A DNA stretch of 64,000 nt from an uncultured virus (IMG/VR IMGVR_UViG_3300030107_004098) (Duplodnaviria > Heunggongvirae > Uroviricota > Caudoviricetes), in the IMG/VR virus record IMGVR_UViG_3300030107_004098. One strand, given 5' to 3'. Below are positions 28,318-37,934 of this stretch, in pieces. The stretch's first letter is position 1. Every line of letters starts with the position of its first letter. The notes under the pieces are model-generated. The model did no database searches and was not told the DNA's origin. It saw only the letters and a program-made list of their open reading frames with translations. A program made the position numbers and the translations under genes.

Positions 28318-28614
28318 TTATTCCACCCTCTTTTCTACAATCTTATATTCCCAATTTCTGACTGCTTCAGTTAGGTCGTTCAATAGTGGTCTTCCACTAC
28401 CTCTAATTGCACCTTTTATGGTAATTGCGAGGTCAATTGCTTGTAGGCTAATTCTATCTTTTATTTCCTGTGCTTGATTCATGGCTTTTTCTTTAGTCAT
28501 AAATAGACCAATTATCTCCATGTTATCCGGAGTTTCAATGCTACCTGCACCTAATCTCCACGGCAATCTTCTTCTTGTTACGTGTAATTCGTATACATAC
28601 TGTGTGTTGTTCAT
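28318..28614 (-). CDS. hypothetical protein (leaderless, cassette promoter)
   Basis: ATG at 28614, promoter box starts at 28633. Confidence 0.7.
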   Translation of the reverse strand: MNNTQYVYELHVTRRRLPWRLGAGSIETPDNMEIIGLFMTKEKAMNQAQEIKDRISLQAIDLAITIKGAIRGSGRPLLNDLTEAVRNWEYKIVEKRVE

Positions 28615-28632
28615 ACTATATTCGTTTATTTA

Positions 28633-28672
28633 GAGTATATAAGGAACGACTCCAAAGTGTAGTTCCATATGG
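28633..28672 (-). promoter_or_regulatory. conserved promoter cassette
   Basis: GAGTATATAAGG...CAAAG...CCATATGG. Confidence 0.75.
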
Positions 28673-28879
28673 TAGTCATTCATCTTCGTCACGTCCTGTT
28701 CGAATATTAATGCGGTAGTGCTGGTTTAAAATCTTCTTACACCCATATGGTTCTATTTAGTTGATACGTTAGTTAAACCCAATTTCGGGGTATTAGTACC
28801 ATATGGTTCCGATTTGCGTGAACTTATTTCGTTATTAAAATAAAATATCTAAACATCATATTTAGACACCAATCTTTAT

Positions 28880-29272
28880 ATGGGACATTCAAACATCTTA
28901 TTTCGAGGCAAAAGCATGTACACTTTTAACTTTAATTTAGGCGGAGAACCAAATATAGCCCCCGCACACGATTTTATGCCATTAATAGAAGCCCTAAAAG
29001 GGATAACAGAGGACTGGCAATCTTTCTATAACTTATATAAAAAATTCGCGCCGCCTCCAATAGAAAACCAAGTACAAATACAATCATGGTTTAATGAGAT
29101 TAAAGATGCGTTAGATGAAGTCGTTGAATTATATAATAAGATACCTGAAGCGCCAACATTAGAAGGCATACACAATACAGAAGATGCTGCAGATATGTTA
29201 TCTAAATTTAATGAAATAAATAACATAATTAAATCAGTTAAATCAGATGACGACAATCATATGTATAATTAA
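28880..29272 (+). CDS. hypothetical protein, first gene after strand switch
   Basis: TTTATA box at ~28875 suggests real start MYTFNF at 28916. Confidence 0.6.
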   Translation: MGHSNILFRGKSMYTFNFNLGGEPNIAPAHDFMPLIEALKGITEDWQSFYNLYKKFAPPPIENQVQIQSWFNEIKDALDEVVELYNKIPEAPTLEGIHNTEDAADMLSKFNEINNIIKSVKSDDDNHMYN

Positions 29273-29405
29273 ATAACTTATTCAAATAAAATAATATAGA
29301 TAAACCTTGGAAATAAAAACAAAAAATAAAAAAAAATTTCGCTAGTCGCAAAAAAATTACCGCCCAAAATTTGAAAAATGAAATATGATATGGAAGTGTT
29401 GTAAA

Positions 29406-30005
29406 ATGTGGAAAGATATTCTAAAAGCACCACCGTTTAGATTATATGATAGAAAAGGCGGTAAATCTTTAATTAGATTAAAGGATGTAGACGTTTTATA
29501 TTCTGGTGGTAAAAAAGGCGACAAACCTAGTGGTTTTTGGACTCCAGATTTACAGATGGCTTTTCAGTATGCTTTGTATGGGGATATACTAAATACCCAA
29601 CCAAGATTAGGAGAGCCAGTAATATTTGAGGCTAGAGATTTTAGTATGATTCCAATGTATAGAGAAATTGAAACAGATTATGGGTTTTTAGATTTTAGAA
29701 GATACAAAAAATTAAACTATAAAACCATTGAAGGTCCAGAATTAGCAAGGTTTATTAAAAATAATGACGATGATTTTGCATATGTTTTTAATCAAGAAAT
29801 TTCCGGAGTATCTATGGGAGAAGTAATTCAACTTTTGGAAGAGGACGACCCTACGGCTAGCAGATATTTCTTTGGACCTAGAGAAACTAGCGAATATCAA
29901 AACATTAGAAGTCATCAAATGAAACGGCTATCAAGAGATAGGTATAAAGATTTAATAGGTACTCGCGCAATTAACGATTACGACGTAAGGCGGGATAAAC
30001 AATGA
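29406..30005 (+). CDS. tagged protein, possible ADP-ribosyltransferase-like fold
   Basis: MWKDILK tag; LYSGG..GFWTPDLQMAFQYA. Confidence 0.6.
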   Translation: MWKDILKAPPFRLYDRKGGKSLIRLKDVDVLYSGGKKGDKPSGFWTPDLQMAFQYALYGDILNTQPRLGEPVIFEARDFSMIPMYREIETDYGFLDFRRYKKLNYKTIEGPELARFIKNNDDDFAYVFNQEISGVSMGEVIQLLEEDDPTASRYFFGPRETSEYQNIRSHQMKRLSRDRYKDLIGTRAINDYDVRRDKQ

Positions 30006-30463
30006 GTTGGATGGATATTTTAAAACGGGAAGAATTTATTGGACCTATGACTCAAGACAGCGCAATAGAGTTATGGAATAACAACGAAGATAACCCACGA
30101 TATGAAAGAAGAGATGGCGCATACCCTCTTACAGATTGGTTCTTAAGAGTAATAGATGGTAAAGTTGTTGGTATTCAAGGATTTAAGGATTTTGGCGATT
30201 ATGCTTTTGTTGGTGGAACTAATAGCGAAGCAAAAGGCGGAATTGCAGCATTTGAAGAATACCGTAAAAATTACTTGGGAACCAAACCAAAGGTTGCCGG
30301 ATTTAAACCAAAAAGAGGCGAAGTAGAAAAATATGTAGCATATCTAAAAAGTAAAGAATGGACAATAAACCCAGATGAATTTGAAGATGTTCCCGCAGAA
30401 GTAATAGAGGAATTTAAAAATAACTACGGCGGCAATTGGGGCATCAAAAAAATGAGGTTATAA
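30002..30463 (+). CDS. tagged GNAT-like protein
   Basis: MSWMDILK; DGKVVGIQGFKDFGDYAFVGG resembles the GNAT at 36472. Confidence 0.6.
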   Translation: MSWMDILKREEFIGPMTQDSAIELWNNNEDNPRYERRDGAYPLTDWFLRVIDGKVVGIQGFKDFGDYAFVGGTNSEAKGGIAAFEEYRKNYLGTKPKVAGFKPKRGEVEKYVAYLKSKEWTINPDEFEDVPAEVIEEFKNNYGGNWGIKKMRL

Positions 30464-30464
30464 T

Positions 30465-31046
30465 ATGTGGCGTGATATTCTTAAAGCCCCAATTTGGAAT
30501 ATACATCAAAAGGTAAACATTACTCCCGACATGAGAATTTCTGCTTCTACAACTGACTGGGATGAAAAAGAATGGGTACAGTATTATAAATCAAAATATT
30601 GGCCTAACGAAAAACCTCAAGGTTTGTGGTATGCATTAGGTAGTGATTGGATAGATTGGTTAGAAGGCGAAATGCCTCTTGCGTCTAACAAGTATAACTA
30701 TGTTTATGAAATACACTTGACCGGAAATATTTTAAAATTAAAAACTAAACAAGACCATATAGATTTTTATAATAAATACGCTGAAGATGCTGTAGGTACT
30801 AGATATACTTATAATAGAAAAAAAATTAACTGGAAAAGAGTCGCAAGCGAATATGACGGAATAGAAGTAATGGGTAAAGATTTTCATTATGATTCATTGG
30901 ATGATAAAAGTTTAGAATGGTTAAGTGGTTGGGATGTTAACGGTGGTGTTATTTGGAATCTTAGTGCTTTTAGACAGGGAAAACTATTATTTAGTAGAGA
31001 CGACAAACTATGGGAAACCGCAACTGCTGAAGAGTATTATTGGTGA
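30465..31046 (+). CDS. tagged protein, possible ART-like fold
   Basis: MWRDILK; KPQGLWY..YVYEI..YDGIE..VIWN. Confidence 0.6.
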   Translation: MWRDILKAPIWNIHQKVNITPDMRISASTTDWDEKEWVQYYKSKYWPNEKPQGLWYALGSDWIDWLEGEMPLASNKYNYVYEIHLTGNILKLKTKQDHIDFYNKYAEDAVGTRYTYNRKKINWKRVASEYDGIEVMGKDFHYDSLDDKSLEWLSGWDVNGGVIWNLSAFRQGKLLFSRDDKLWETATAEEYYW

Positions 31047-31051
31047 TTATT

Positions 31052-31342
31052 ATGAGTTGGAAAGATATACTAAAAGAAAGAGAAAGGTTGCCTGATTATA
31101 CATTAACTAAAGAACAAATGGTAGATTTTCATAAAAGATTTACAAGAGAAATATTACCTAAGTTATCCGGTGAAAAAGAAGAAGACGCGGGAATGTGGTT
31201 ATATTGGTTAAGCAAAGCAATCAAAAACAAAGACACAGGTTTGGGTCGTTTATTTGTTTCAAATGAATATATTATTGCTCAACTACAAGACATTATGGAC
31301 ACCGTAATATCAGAAAGGGATTCATTTAGAGGAATGGAGTGA
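31052..31342 (+). CDS. tagged hypothetical protein
   Basis: MSWKDILK after GGTGA. Confidence 0.7.
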   Translation: MSWKDILKERERLPDYTLTKEQMVDFHKRFTREILPKLSGEKEEDAGMWLYWLSKAIKNKDTGLGRLFVSNEYIIAQLQDIMDTVISERDSFRGME

Positions 31343-31346
31343 TACA

Positions 31347-31655
31347 ATGGTTTGGGAAAATATTATCAAGTCGGCTTTTCAAGTTAAGACAAATTTTCCT
31401 GAAGCAGATTTTTGGCTAATTAGAGTTCATGATAGAGAAACAGTAGGTAAGCCGGTAAAAGAATTTAAACCACAGTATATTGGTATTAAGATTTTAGCAA
31501 CGGACAAATTCGATGCAGGGTATATGTTTTATTGGTTTATGAACCTACATCAAAATATGCGATACTGGCAGCAAGTTTCTTATTCTTCTGATGGGCGTAA
31601 TAGTATTAGAGTCAGTGATGTTAAAGATTTAGTAAAAAGGATAGTGACGGAATAA
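31347..31655 (+). CDS. tagged hypothetical protein
   Basis: MVWENIIK; ADFWLIR..VGKP. Confidence 0.7.
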   Translation: MVWENIIKSAFQVKTNFPEADFWLIRVHDRETVGKPVKEFKPQYIGIKILATDKFDAGYMFYWFMNLHQNMRYWQQVSYSSDGRNSIRVSDVKDLVKRIVTE

Positions 31656-32452
31656 TGTGGTGGAACATTCTTAAGGTAGCAGGTAAAGAACGTTCAAGAT
31701 TTTTTAGAGGAATTAACATTCCCAAAGAAATAGGTAACATGCGCCCAATACAAACAAGAATCAGACCAAATGTAATTCTTTCAAGACACGCAATACAAAG
31801 AATGCAAGGCAAAGACGTTAGTAGAGAAACCGATACAGGTGTTAGAGCCGGAGAAACAATGTATAGAGATTTAGAAGGAGTGTGGTATTTTGAAGGGGCT
31901 ATGGATGCAATCCAAGAAGGAATAGAATCGGGTAGATTTAATTCTTTACTATCAGATAAATATGGTAAAAAAGGTCAAGCAGTAGTTAGGCTCGCCAGTG
32001 TAGGTCACGGAAGAATGGGTTGGGGAGTAAAAAAACATAGAGATTTAGATGATACATTAATAGTTACTACATATTTAGATTATAGAGGTTTACCACAAGG
32101 AGCCGGGGCTAACACGATTTCCTTTAATAATATTTCTACTCCCCTACATCCTATTAATCCACCCCGTATGCAATCAGAATCATGGGTTAATCTTAGAAGA
32201 AGGGCATATCAAACCCGTACTCGACCCACCCCACAAACTGAAACCTTTAAAGAAAAAGTTACTACAGAAGCAGTTAAAATTCCAGAGTTTGAAGAAAAAT
32301 ATTTAGAGCAATTATTTTCCGAACCCACTCCAACAAATACTTTAGAGTTAAGAAGTAAATTAAATCCGTGGCAAAATAAATCACAGGGTTCAAAACGAGA
32401 TAGATTCTTTATTAAATTACTATACAATGCACAAACAAAGTGGGAGTTCTAA
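31655..32452 (+). CDS. tagged protein with possible RelE/BECR-like RNase motif
   Basis: MWWNILK; LSRHAIQRM...LIVTTY. Confidence 0.6.
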   Translation: MWWNILKVAGKERSRFFRGINIPKEIGNMRPIQTRIRPNVILSRHAIQRMQGKDVSRETDTGVRAGETMYRDLEGVWYFEGAMDAIQEGIESGRFNSLLSDKYGKKGQAVVRLASVGHGRMGWGVKKHRDLDDTLIVTTYLDYRGLPQGAGANTISFNNISTPLHPINPPRMQSESWVNLRRRAYQTRTRPTPQTETFKEKVTTEAVKIPEFEEKYLEQLFSEPTPTNTLELRSKLNPWQNKSQGSKRDRFFIKLLYNAQTKWEF

Positions 32453-33024
32453 TGTGGTGGGATATAATCAAATCAAAATGGATGGGCCAAATGTCCGACG
32501 ATAAAAAAGAATTACTCGAACATAAACCTAAAGTTAAAATTGATATTCCCAAAATGTCTTACCCCGACGGCAGCAAAGAAGTCAAAGAAGTAATCAAGGT
32601 AATGAAAGAAAAACCAGTGCCTAAAGATATTATGGACAAACACGATAAAGATTCCGACCAAGTATTATTTGATATAGTGGATGCAAAAAGTTCTGATTAT
32701 GAAGATTTTACAAAAGACGTTAACTCGTACGTAATGCGAGAGAAAGTAAAATATGCAAGACAAAGACCAAATGAAGTTTCTGATATTGTAGAAAGTAAAA
32801 CAGAAACAGATGATACTCCGGCTTTTCCTTCGGGTCACGCAACTTTAGTTTATGCTTTAGAAAAAATGTTATCCAACAAATACCCAGAAAAGAAAAAGGA
32901 ATTAAATAAAACTGCAGAAATGTTAGCATTAGCCCGTGTTCAGTTAGGTTCTCATTATCCTTCGGACATAAAAGCCGGAAAGAAACTAGGTTATCTTATA
33001 GCAAAGAAATATTTAAAAGATTAG
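32452..33024 (+). CDS. tagged PAP2-family phosphatase
   Basis: MWWDIIK; K..RQRP, FPSGHA, RVQLGSHYPSD. Confidence 0.85.
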   Translation: MWWDIIKSKWMGQMSDDKKELLEHKPKVKIDIPKMSYPDGSKEVKEVIKVMKEKPVPKDIMDKHDKDSDQVLFDIVDAKSSDYEDFTKDVNSYVMREKVKYARQRPNEVSDIVESKTETDDTPAFPSGHATLVYALEKMLSNKYPEKKKELNKTAEMLALARVQLGSHYPSDIKAGKKLGYLIAKKYLKD

Positions 33025-33068
33025 AAATGTTTATTAGTAAATATAGATAACATACTATTGAGAGTAGC

Positions 33069-34625
33069 ATGTCCGAAGATATAGATGACTTAGTAGAAAA
33101 GGCAAAAGTCCTTGCAGAAGCAACCGGTAGAGATGAAGCCGATGTATTGGCTGATTTAATGGATGATGGTGTATTAAACGATTCACATAAAGAAACCGAA
33201 AAAACAGATTTAGTAACACAGTTAAAGGAGGCCGCAGAACTAATTAATACTGTTCAGGCTATTAACCAAGAAGTCGCAGAAAACAAAGTGCTTAACGGTA
33301 ACGGTAATTCTACTAACGTAGAAATTGATACCACACTAGAGGGCGATATTGTAGACAGGGCTATTGAATCCGTTCAACGTAAAGCAGAAAATATTAAAAA
33401 AATTGTTATTCTTGTTGCTCCCTTATTCTTATTAGTGGGAGGTGGTGGGTCTTTAGAAATGTTTGGTATAACTGACTTTGTTGGTGACGATGAGCCTGAT
33501 GATGATTATTACCCCGACGATACTTTTTATGAGATTTGGGGATGCACTGATTACGAAGCAGATAATTACGATGAATATGCTAACATGGATGACGGTTCTT
33601 GTTCTTATCCTGTATATGGTTGTATGAATAACGCTGCACCAAATTATAATCCCGAAGCAACAGTAGAAGATGGTTCGTGTACTCGCGGTGGTTGTACTGA
33701 CCCCGAAGCAGAAAACTATGATGATAATGCTAACGAAGATGACGGTAGTTGCGAATATTATGTAGAACCTATTTATGGTTGTACTGATTCAGAAGCAAAT
33801 AACTATCAATCAGAAGCAGAAGAAGATGACGGTTCATGCACTTATGACCCTGAACCTGTTTATGGTTGTATGGATGATAGCGCAAATAATTATAATTCAG
33901 ATGCTACCGTAGATGATGAGTCATGCGAATATGACCCAGAATTAGAATGCGAAGTAGAAATTACTAATCACTATAGAGGTCATGTTCAATCAGATGAAGA
34001 ACAAGATGCAATATTAATTGCCTTTAGAATTGTTCCAACAGATTGTGATGATGAGGTTTTAGAAATAGACATAGATATGCACCCACCCGGAGAAGATGAC
34101 GAAGTAGATTATACTTACTATGTAGAAGTTAACGGTAGTGAACCAACAGATGTTTCTTATACTTTTGATAATGTAGCAGTAGGTGTTTGGGTTCCAAGAA
34201 TTACTGCGGCAATTGACGATGAACCAATAGAAAGAATTTGGATGTGGTCAATCGAAGTAGTAGAGCAGGTTTGTGAAATTAATTTGTTCGGTATTAATTT
34301 TGGAACAAACAATACTTCTGCTGTTGTTATTTATGACCTTGATTGTGGTGACGAGGAAAATAATTTAGACGGATATAACGTATCTGTGCAGTTTCTTGTG
34401 TATTCTGTAAATTCGACAAACAATACTAATCCTCCAATTGAATACAATACCACAACACATTATATTCAGGGTTATGCAGATGACCCACGTATGCTTAGAT
34501 TGAGTAATTTTACTGATGGTAATACTACTCACTATGACTTTTATTGGTATGTTACTTGGGAAGATGCAGACGGCGAAGTGCAATACATTGAGCGCACTTG
34601 GTTAAATAGAGAATTGGCTCCGTGA
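33069..34625 (+). CDS. membrane-anchored acidic protein with five GC(T/M)xxxAxNY...D(G/E)SC repeats
   Basis: Single TM (IVILVAPLFLLV), 5 Cys repeats, NxT/S-rich beta C-terminus. Confidence 0.8.
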   Translation: MSEDIDDLVEKAKVLAEATGRDEADVLADLMDDGVLNDSHKETEKTDLVTQLKEAAELINTVQAINQEVAENKVLNGNGNSTNVEIDTTLEGDIVDRAIESVQRKAENIKKIVILVAPLFLLVGGGGSLEMFGITDFVGDDEPDDDYYPDDTFYEIWGCTDYEADNYDEYANMDDGSCSYPVYGCMNNAAPNYNPEATVEDGSCTRGGCTDPEAENYDDNANEDDGSCEYYVEPIYGCTDSEANNYQSEAEEDDGSCTYDPEPVYGCMDDSANNYNSDATVDDESCEYDPELECEVEITNHYRGHVQSDEEQDAILIAFRIVPTDCDDEVLEIDIDMHPPGEDDEVDYTYYVEVNGSEPTDVSYTFDNVAVGVWVPRITAAIDDEPIERIWMWSIEVVEQVCEINLFGINFGTNNTSAVVIYDLDCGDEENNLDGYNVSVQFLVYSVNSTNNTNPPIEYNTTTHYIQGYADDPRMLRLSNFTDGNTTHYDFYWYVTWEDADGEVQYIERTWLNRELAP

Positions 34626-34630
34626 TTATT

Positions 34631-34978
34631 ATGACTTGGTTTAGTATTTTAAAGACCGACTATAGGTATTCTCCAAGTATGGCGGAACTAGAACTAAAAG
34701 TAAATCAAATAACACATGACTTTAGAAAAGAATATGAATCATTTATAGAATCCACTGACCCTCAACGTATTAATGAATTACTTTCTGGTGTAGATTTACA
34801 AATAGATTTAATAGAAAAAACTTTTAATTCCAAAACTCCCAATTTGAAAAAGGTAATACTAGTATTTAGAAACCTTAAAATACTATTTAAGAATAATGTA
34901 CCAAAAGACGGAGACGATATATACAATAGGTATATGCAAAGGGTCACACAAGCCTATAGAGAATACAACAGGAGTTAA
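34631..34978 (+). CDS. tagged hypothetical protein
   Basis: MTWFSILK. Confidence 0.7.
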   Translation: MTWFSILKTDYRYSPSMAELELKVNQITHDFRKEYESFIESTDPQRINELLSGVDLQIDLIEKTFNSKTPNLKKVILVFRNLKILFKNNVPKDGDDIYNRYMQRVTQAYREYNRS

Positions 34979-34983
34979 ATAAA

Positions 34984-35562
34984 ATGAGTTGGTTTGATAT
35001 AATTAAAAGATTACCGGCATTCGCTAGACGAGATAAACATAGTGAAGAACAATATTATAGCCCCGATAAGCATTACGCTAAAGAACGCTATAACCCAACA
35101 GATACTAAAACAGCACAACCACCCACAACTTATAGAAGTTTAGTAGGTGGAGAATATAGAGATGTAGAAAGACAACCTAGAGTAAGAATGGCGAACTCAA
35201 CAGAATATAGAGATGTAAGAAAACCCGGAGGTAGGGGTGAACGTGCAGATTATAGACCTGATAGGTTTCCTAGTCATCGAGAAAGAGATTTTAAAAATCT
35301 AGAAATGATTAAACATTATAATAGAGTTGATACGAGCATACCCAGAATGAAATATGCTATAACAAACATATTACTAACACCTGAGTATTCACTAAAAATA
35401 CGTCGTTATCAAGACGGGTATGATGTATCAAATGTTCCCTTTCCTACTTTTGAGGAAGTTAAAAACAAGATGCAACTTATGGGTATTGAGTTAGATGATA
35501 CAACTCGGTTTATGCGGGAGTATGATAATCTTAAAAATTATTGGGGGGAGTATTTTAAATGA
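34984..35562 (+). CDS. tagged hypothetical protein
   Basis: MSWFDIIK. Confidence 0.7.
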   Translation: MSWFDIIKRLPAFARRDKHSEEQYYSPDKHYAKERYNPTDTKTAQPPTTYRSLVGGEYRDVERQPRVRMANSTEYRDVRKPGGRGERADYRPDRFPSHRERDFKNLEMIKHYNRVDTSIPRMKYAITNILLTPEYSLKIRRYQDGYDVSNVPFPTFEEVKNKMQLMGIELDDTTRFMREYDNLKNYWGEYFK

Positions 35563-35837
35563 GTTGGAAATCAATACTAAAACAGGTGGGCCAGCCTAGA
35601 TGGATGATAGAAACAGGTGCGCCGGGAACAATGAAAACTCGTCTTCATAGAATGATGCAAGAAAATGAAAACTACAATGATAAGTTTCCTACCTTTGATG
35701 AATATTTAGATAGACAATATCAAGGAACTCTAGAAGAAATAAAGACACGTTTGAAAAACAACTTTAAAGAAGGGACATTTGAAAGAATGGAACAATATTA
35801 TAAAGATTTAGAACATGCGTGGAGAAATTCACTATGA
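35559..35837 (+). CDS. tagged hypothetical protein
   Basis: MSWKSILK. Confidence 0.7.
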   Translation: MSWKSILKQVGQPRWMIETGAPGTMKTRLHRMMQENENYNDKFPTFDEYLDRQYQGTLEEIKTRLKNNFKEGTFERMEQYYKDLEHAWRNSL

Positions 35838-36121
35838 GTTGGTTCACTGTTCTAAAAAAGGATAAAAAAGATATGCGGGTAGATACTGTATATCCCAGTG
35901 ATAGAGCAGGTAAAAAGATTATGATGTTAACTCACGAAGGTAAAAAGATTCACGCCGGAGCAAAAGGTTATGGTAACTATAAACGCTCAGGAAAAAACAG
36001 AGGTGGTGGAACTCATAGAAGTGCAAAACGTCGAAAGAGTTTTAGAGCAAGACATAAATGCAACCAATGTAAAGGACGTATTACTACACCACGATGTTTA
36101 GCCTGTAAAAAATTGTGGTGA
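35834..36121 (+). CDS. tagged, highly basic nucleic-acid-binding protein
   Basis: MSWFTVLK; IHAGAKGY..RRKSFRARHKC. Confidence 0.7.
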   Translation: MSWFTVLKKDKKDMRVDTVYPSDRAGKKIMMLTHEGKKIHAGAKGYGNYKRSGKNRGGGTHRSAKRRKSFRARHKCNQCKGRITTPRCLACKKLW

Positions 36122-36140
36122 TAATATTAGTTGGAAACAA

Positions 36141-36470
36141 ATGCTAGAAGTTAAGCCCGAAACAGAAGTAAAGGTTGAAACAGCAGTAGCCTCCGGCGAC
36201 CCATGTTGTGAAACTGCTAGAGAAAAATTAATAGACCTTGTATTTGAACATGGTATAGTTGTTGGTAAACATGGTAGAAAATACTCACAAGAAGAAACAA
36301 TTAGTAAGGTAAGAAAAGAACCCTGTGAAAAAATACATGATTATTTATTGAACATACAGAATAATTTTTTTAGAACTAGACCCAAAGTAGCAGAAGAAGC
36401 AAATGAGATTCTTAACGAATGGTTAGAATGCGAAGGTGAAGATTGGATATATGCGCTACCAGAGGTATAA
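36141..36470 (+). CDS. hypothetical protein (degenerate tag ISWKQML, possible ATT start at 36126)
   Basis: In-frame upstream codons after GGTGA read I-S-W-K-Q. Confidence 0.65.
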   Translation: MLEVKPETEVKVETAVASGDPCCETAREKLIDLVFEHGIVVGKHGRKYSQEETISKVRKEPCEKIHDYLLNIQNNFFRTRPKVAEEANEILNEWLECEGEDWIYALPEV

Positions 36471-36471
36471 T

Positions 36472-36906
36472 ATGAATTTTAAATTACTACCAGAAGACAC
36501 TTTTCGCAGTATGGTAACTAATTTTACTTCAGCAATAGACAAAGGTTATCCTAATGTTGTTTCTCCACTTACGTATTATGCTTATGTCGCAGAAGATTCT
36601 GTATTAGGTTACTCATCCTTTTCCGATATGGGTGATTTTTACTTCGTAGGCAATACATATATCCAACCTGAAAATCGTGGTCAAGGAATATACACTAAAT
36701 TACTTTCTAATCGCAACGCACATCTTTCTGATAAACCAAAAATTACTTTAGTCAACCCAATAGAAGGTACAGATGTTGCAGTGCTTTTTAGACAAGTTAA
36801 TAAACAAGGTGGGATTAAGGTAGAGTCATACGAGGAAGTGAAAGATATTATGTGTCGAGATATGTATAATAAACTAAACACGCTTCCTTTGTTTATTTAT
36901 AGGTGA
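36472..36906 (+). CDS. GNAT acetyltransferase
   Basis: YIQPENRGQGIY acetyl-CoA motif A; GAGGT RBS. Confidence 0.8.
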   Translation: MNFKLLPEDTFRSMVTNFTSAIDKGYPNVVSPLTYYAYVAEDSVLGYSSFSDMGDFYFVGNTYIQPENRGQGIYTKLLSNRNAHLSDKPKITLVNPIEGTDVAVLFRQVNKQGGIKVESYEEVKDIMCRDMYNKLNTLPLFIYR

Positions 36907-36911
36907 TTAGT

Positions 36912-37718
36912 ATGTCTTGGTTTAATATTATAAAAGATGATGAGGATTTTGACCAATTAACCGAAGAACAAGTAGAAGAGTTGACCGAATTATTTAATAC
37001 AATAGTAGAAAGGGTACGTCAACGAGAAAGAGAGGAAATGTTTGGTCCGGAACCTGAACCTTTTATTGCAAATGAACGATTAGCAAGAATAATGGCTACA
37101 TACTTGGTTCGACTTCGTATGGAGGTTGAAGAAATACGGAGTAAAAATTTAGGTCTAGAAACTCATATGTTTAGTTATTATTATCCAGAACTAACTTTTC
37201 GTGCATTAGAAACGATAGATGATTTATTAGACGAATTACAGGCGGCAAATTTATTGGAAGAATTTCAAGAGAGTCACGACGGAATAATTCCAGATGTTCA
37301 TGCCCTCATGAATGAAATAATTAATACTGTGGCCGATACTGATTTGGGTGCAGGGTATATTTATTATGACCCCCAAGAACTATACGATAGCCTAATGAGG
37401 AAATCTTCTTGGTTTGATACTATTAAAGGTATAGACACCGCAACACGTAGCGCAGAATTATGGGTATTAAACGAAGAAGCCATATACAACATGGCTATGG
37501 GGTTTATTACTAATTCAATACGTGGAACCAACACATCACTAGAAGAAGCAATACAAGAATTAGCCCAATACTTATCTGAAATAATGCCCACCAGTCAAGG
37601 TTTTATGGATGAATTAGTAGACATGCAACCTTCAGATGGATTATCAGATGTTGATTGGGAAGAAGTAGCAAGAAATTTCACAGAAGAAATAAAAGAAGAA
37701 ATGGAAGCATACAGATAA
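36912..37718 (+). CDS. tagged acidic protein with internal second tag
   Basis: MSWFNIIK and internal SSWFDTIK. Confidence 0.7.
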   Translation: MSWFNIIKDDEDFDQLTEEQVEELTELFNTIVERVRQREREEMFGPEPEPFIANERLARIMATYLVRLRMEVEEIRSKNLGLETHMFSYYYPELTFRALETIDDLLDELQAANLLEEFQESHDGIIPDVHALMNEIINTVADTDLGAGYIYYDPQELYDSLMRKSSWFDTIKGIDTATRSAELWVLNEEAIYNMAMGFITNSIRGTNTSLEEAIQELAQYLSEIMPTSQGFMDELVDMQPSDGLSDVDWEEVARNFTEEIKEEMEAYR

Positions 37719-37748
37719 TTTATATATTACATATGAGAATGAGAGTTT

Positions 37749-37934
37749 ATGCCCCGAACAGAATGGTTCAATAATTGGTTAGACGACAATTTTCCAGAAG
37801 AAGATGTAGAAGAAGTTTTTGAAAAGACCCTAGAATATATTGAGGGTAGCAAAGACGACACTAAAACATTACAAAAAATCAAGGCATACATATTACAGGC
37901 TTTTACTATGGCTAAGGCAGATGAGGAAGAATGA
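37749..37934 (+). CDS. hypothetical protein
   Basis: TTTATATA box ~30 nt upstream. Confidence 0.55.
   Translation: MPRTEWFNNWLDDNFPEEDVEEVFEKTLEYIEGSKDDTKTLQKIKAYILQAFTMAKADEEE

Noticed and set aside
23618..28806. CCATATGG repeats as a CRISPR array
   Set aside because: Spacing is irregular (56 to >2000 nt), the core is 8 bp, and genes lie between copies
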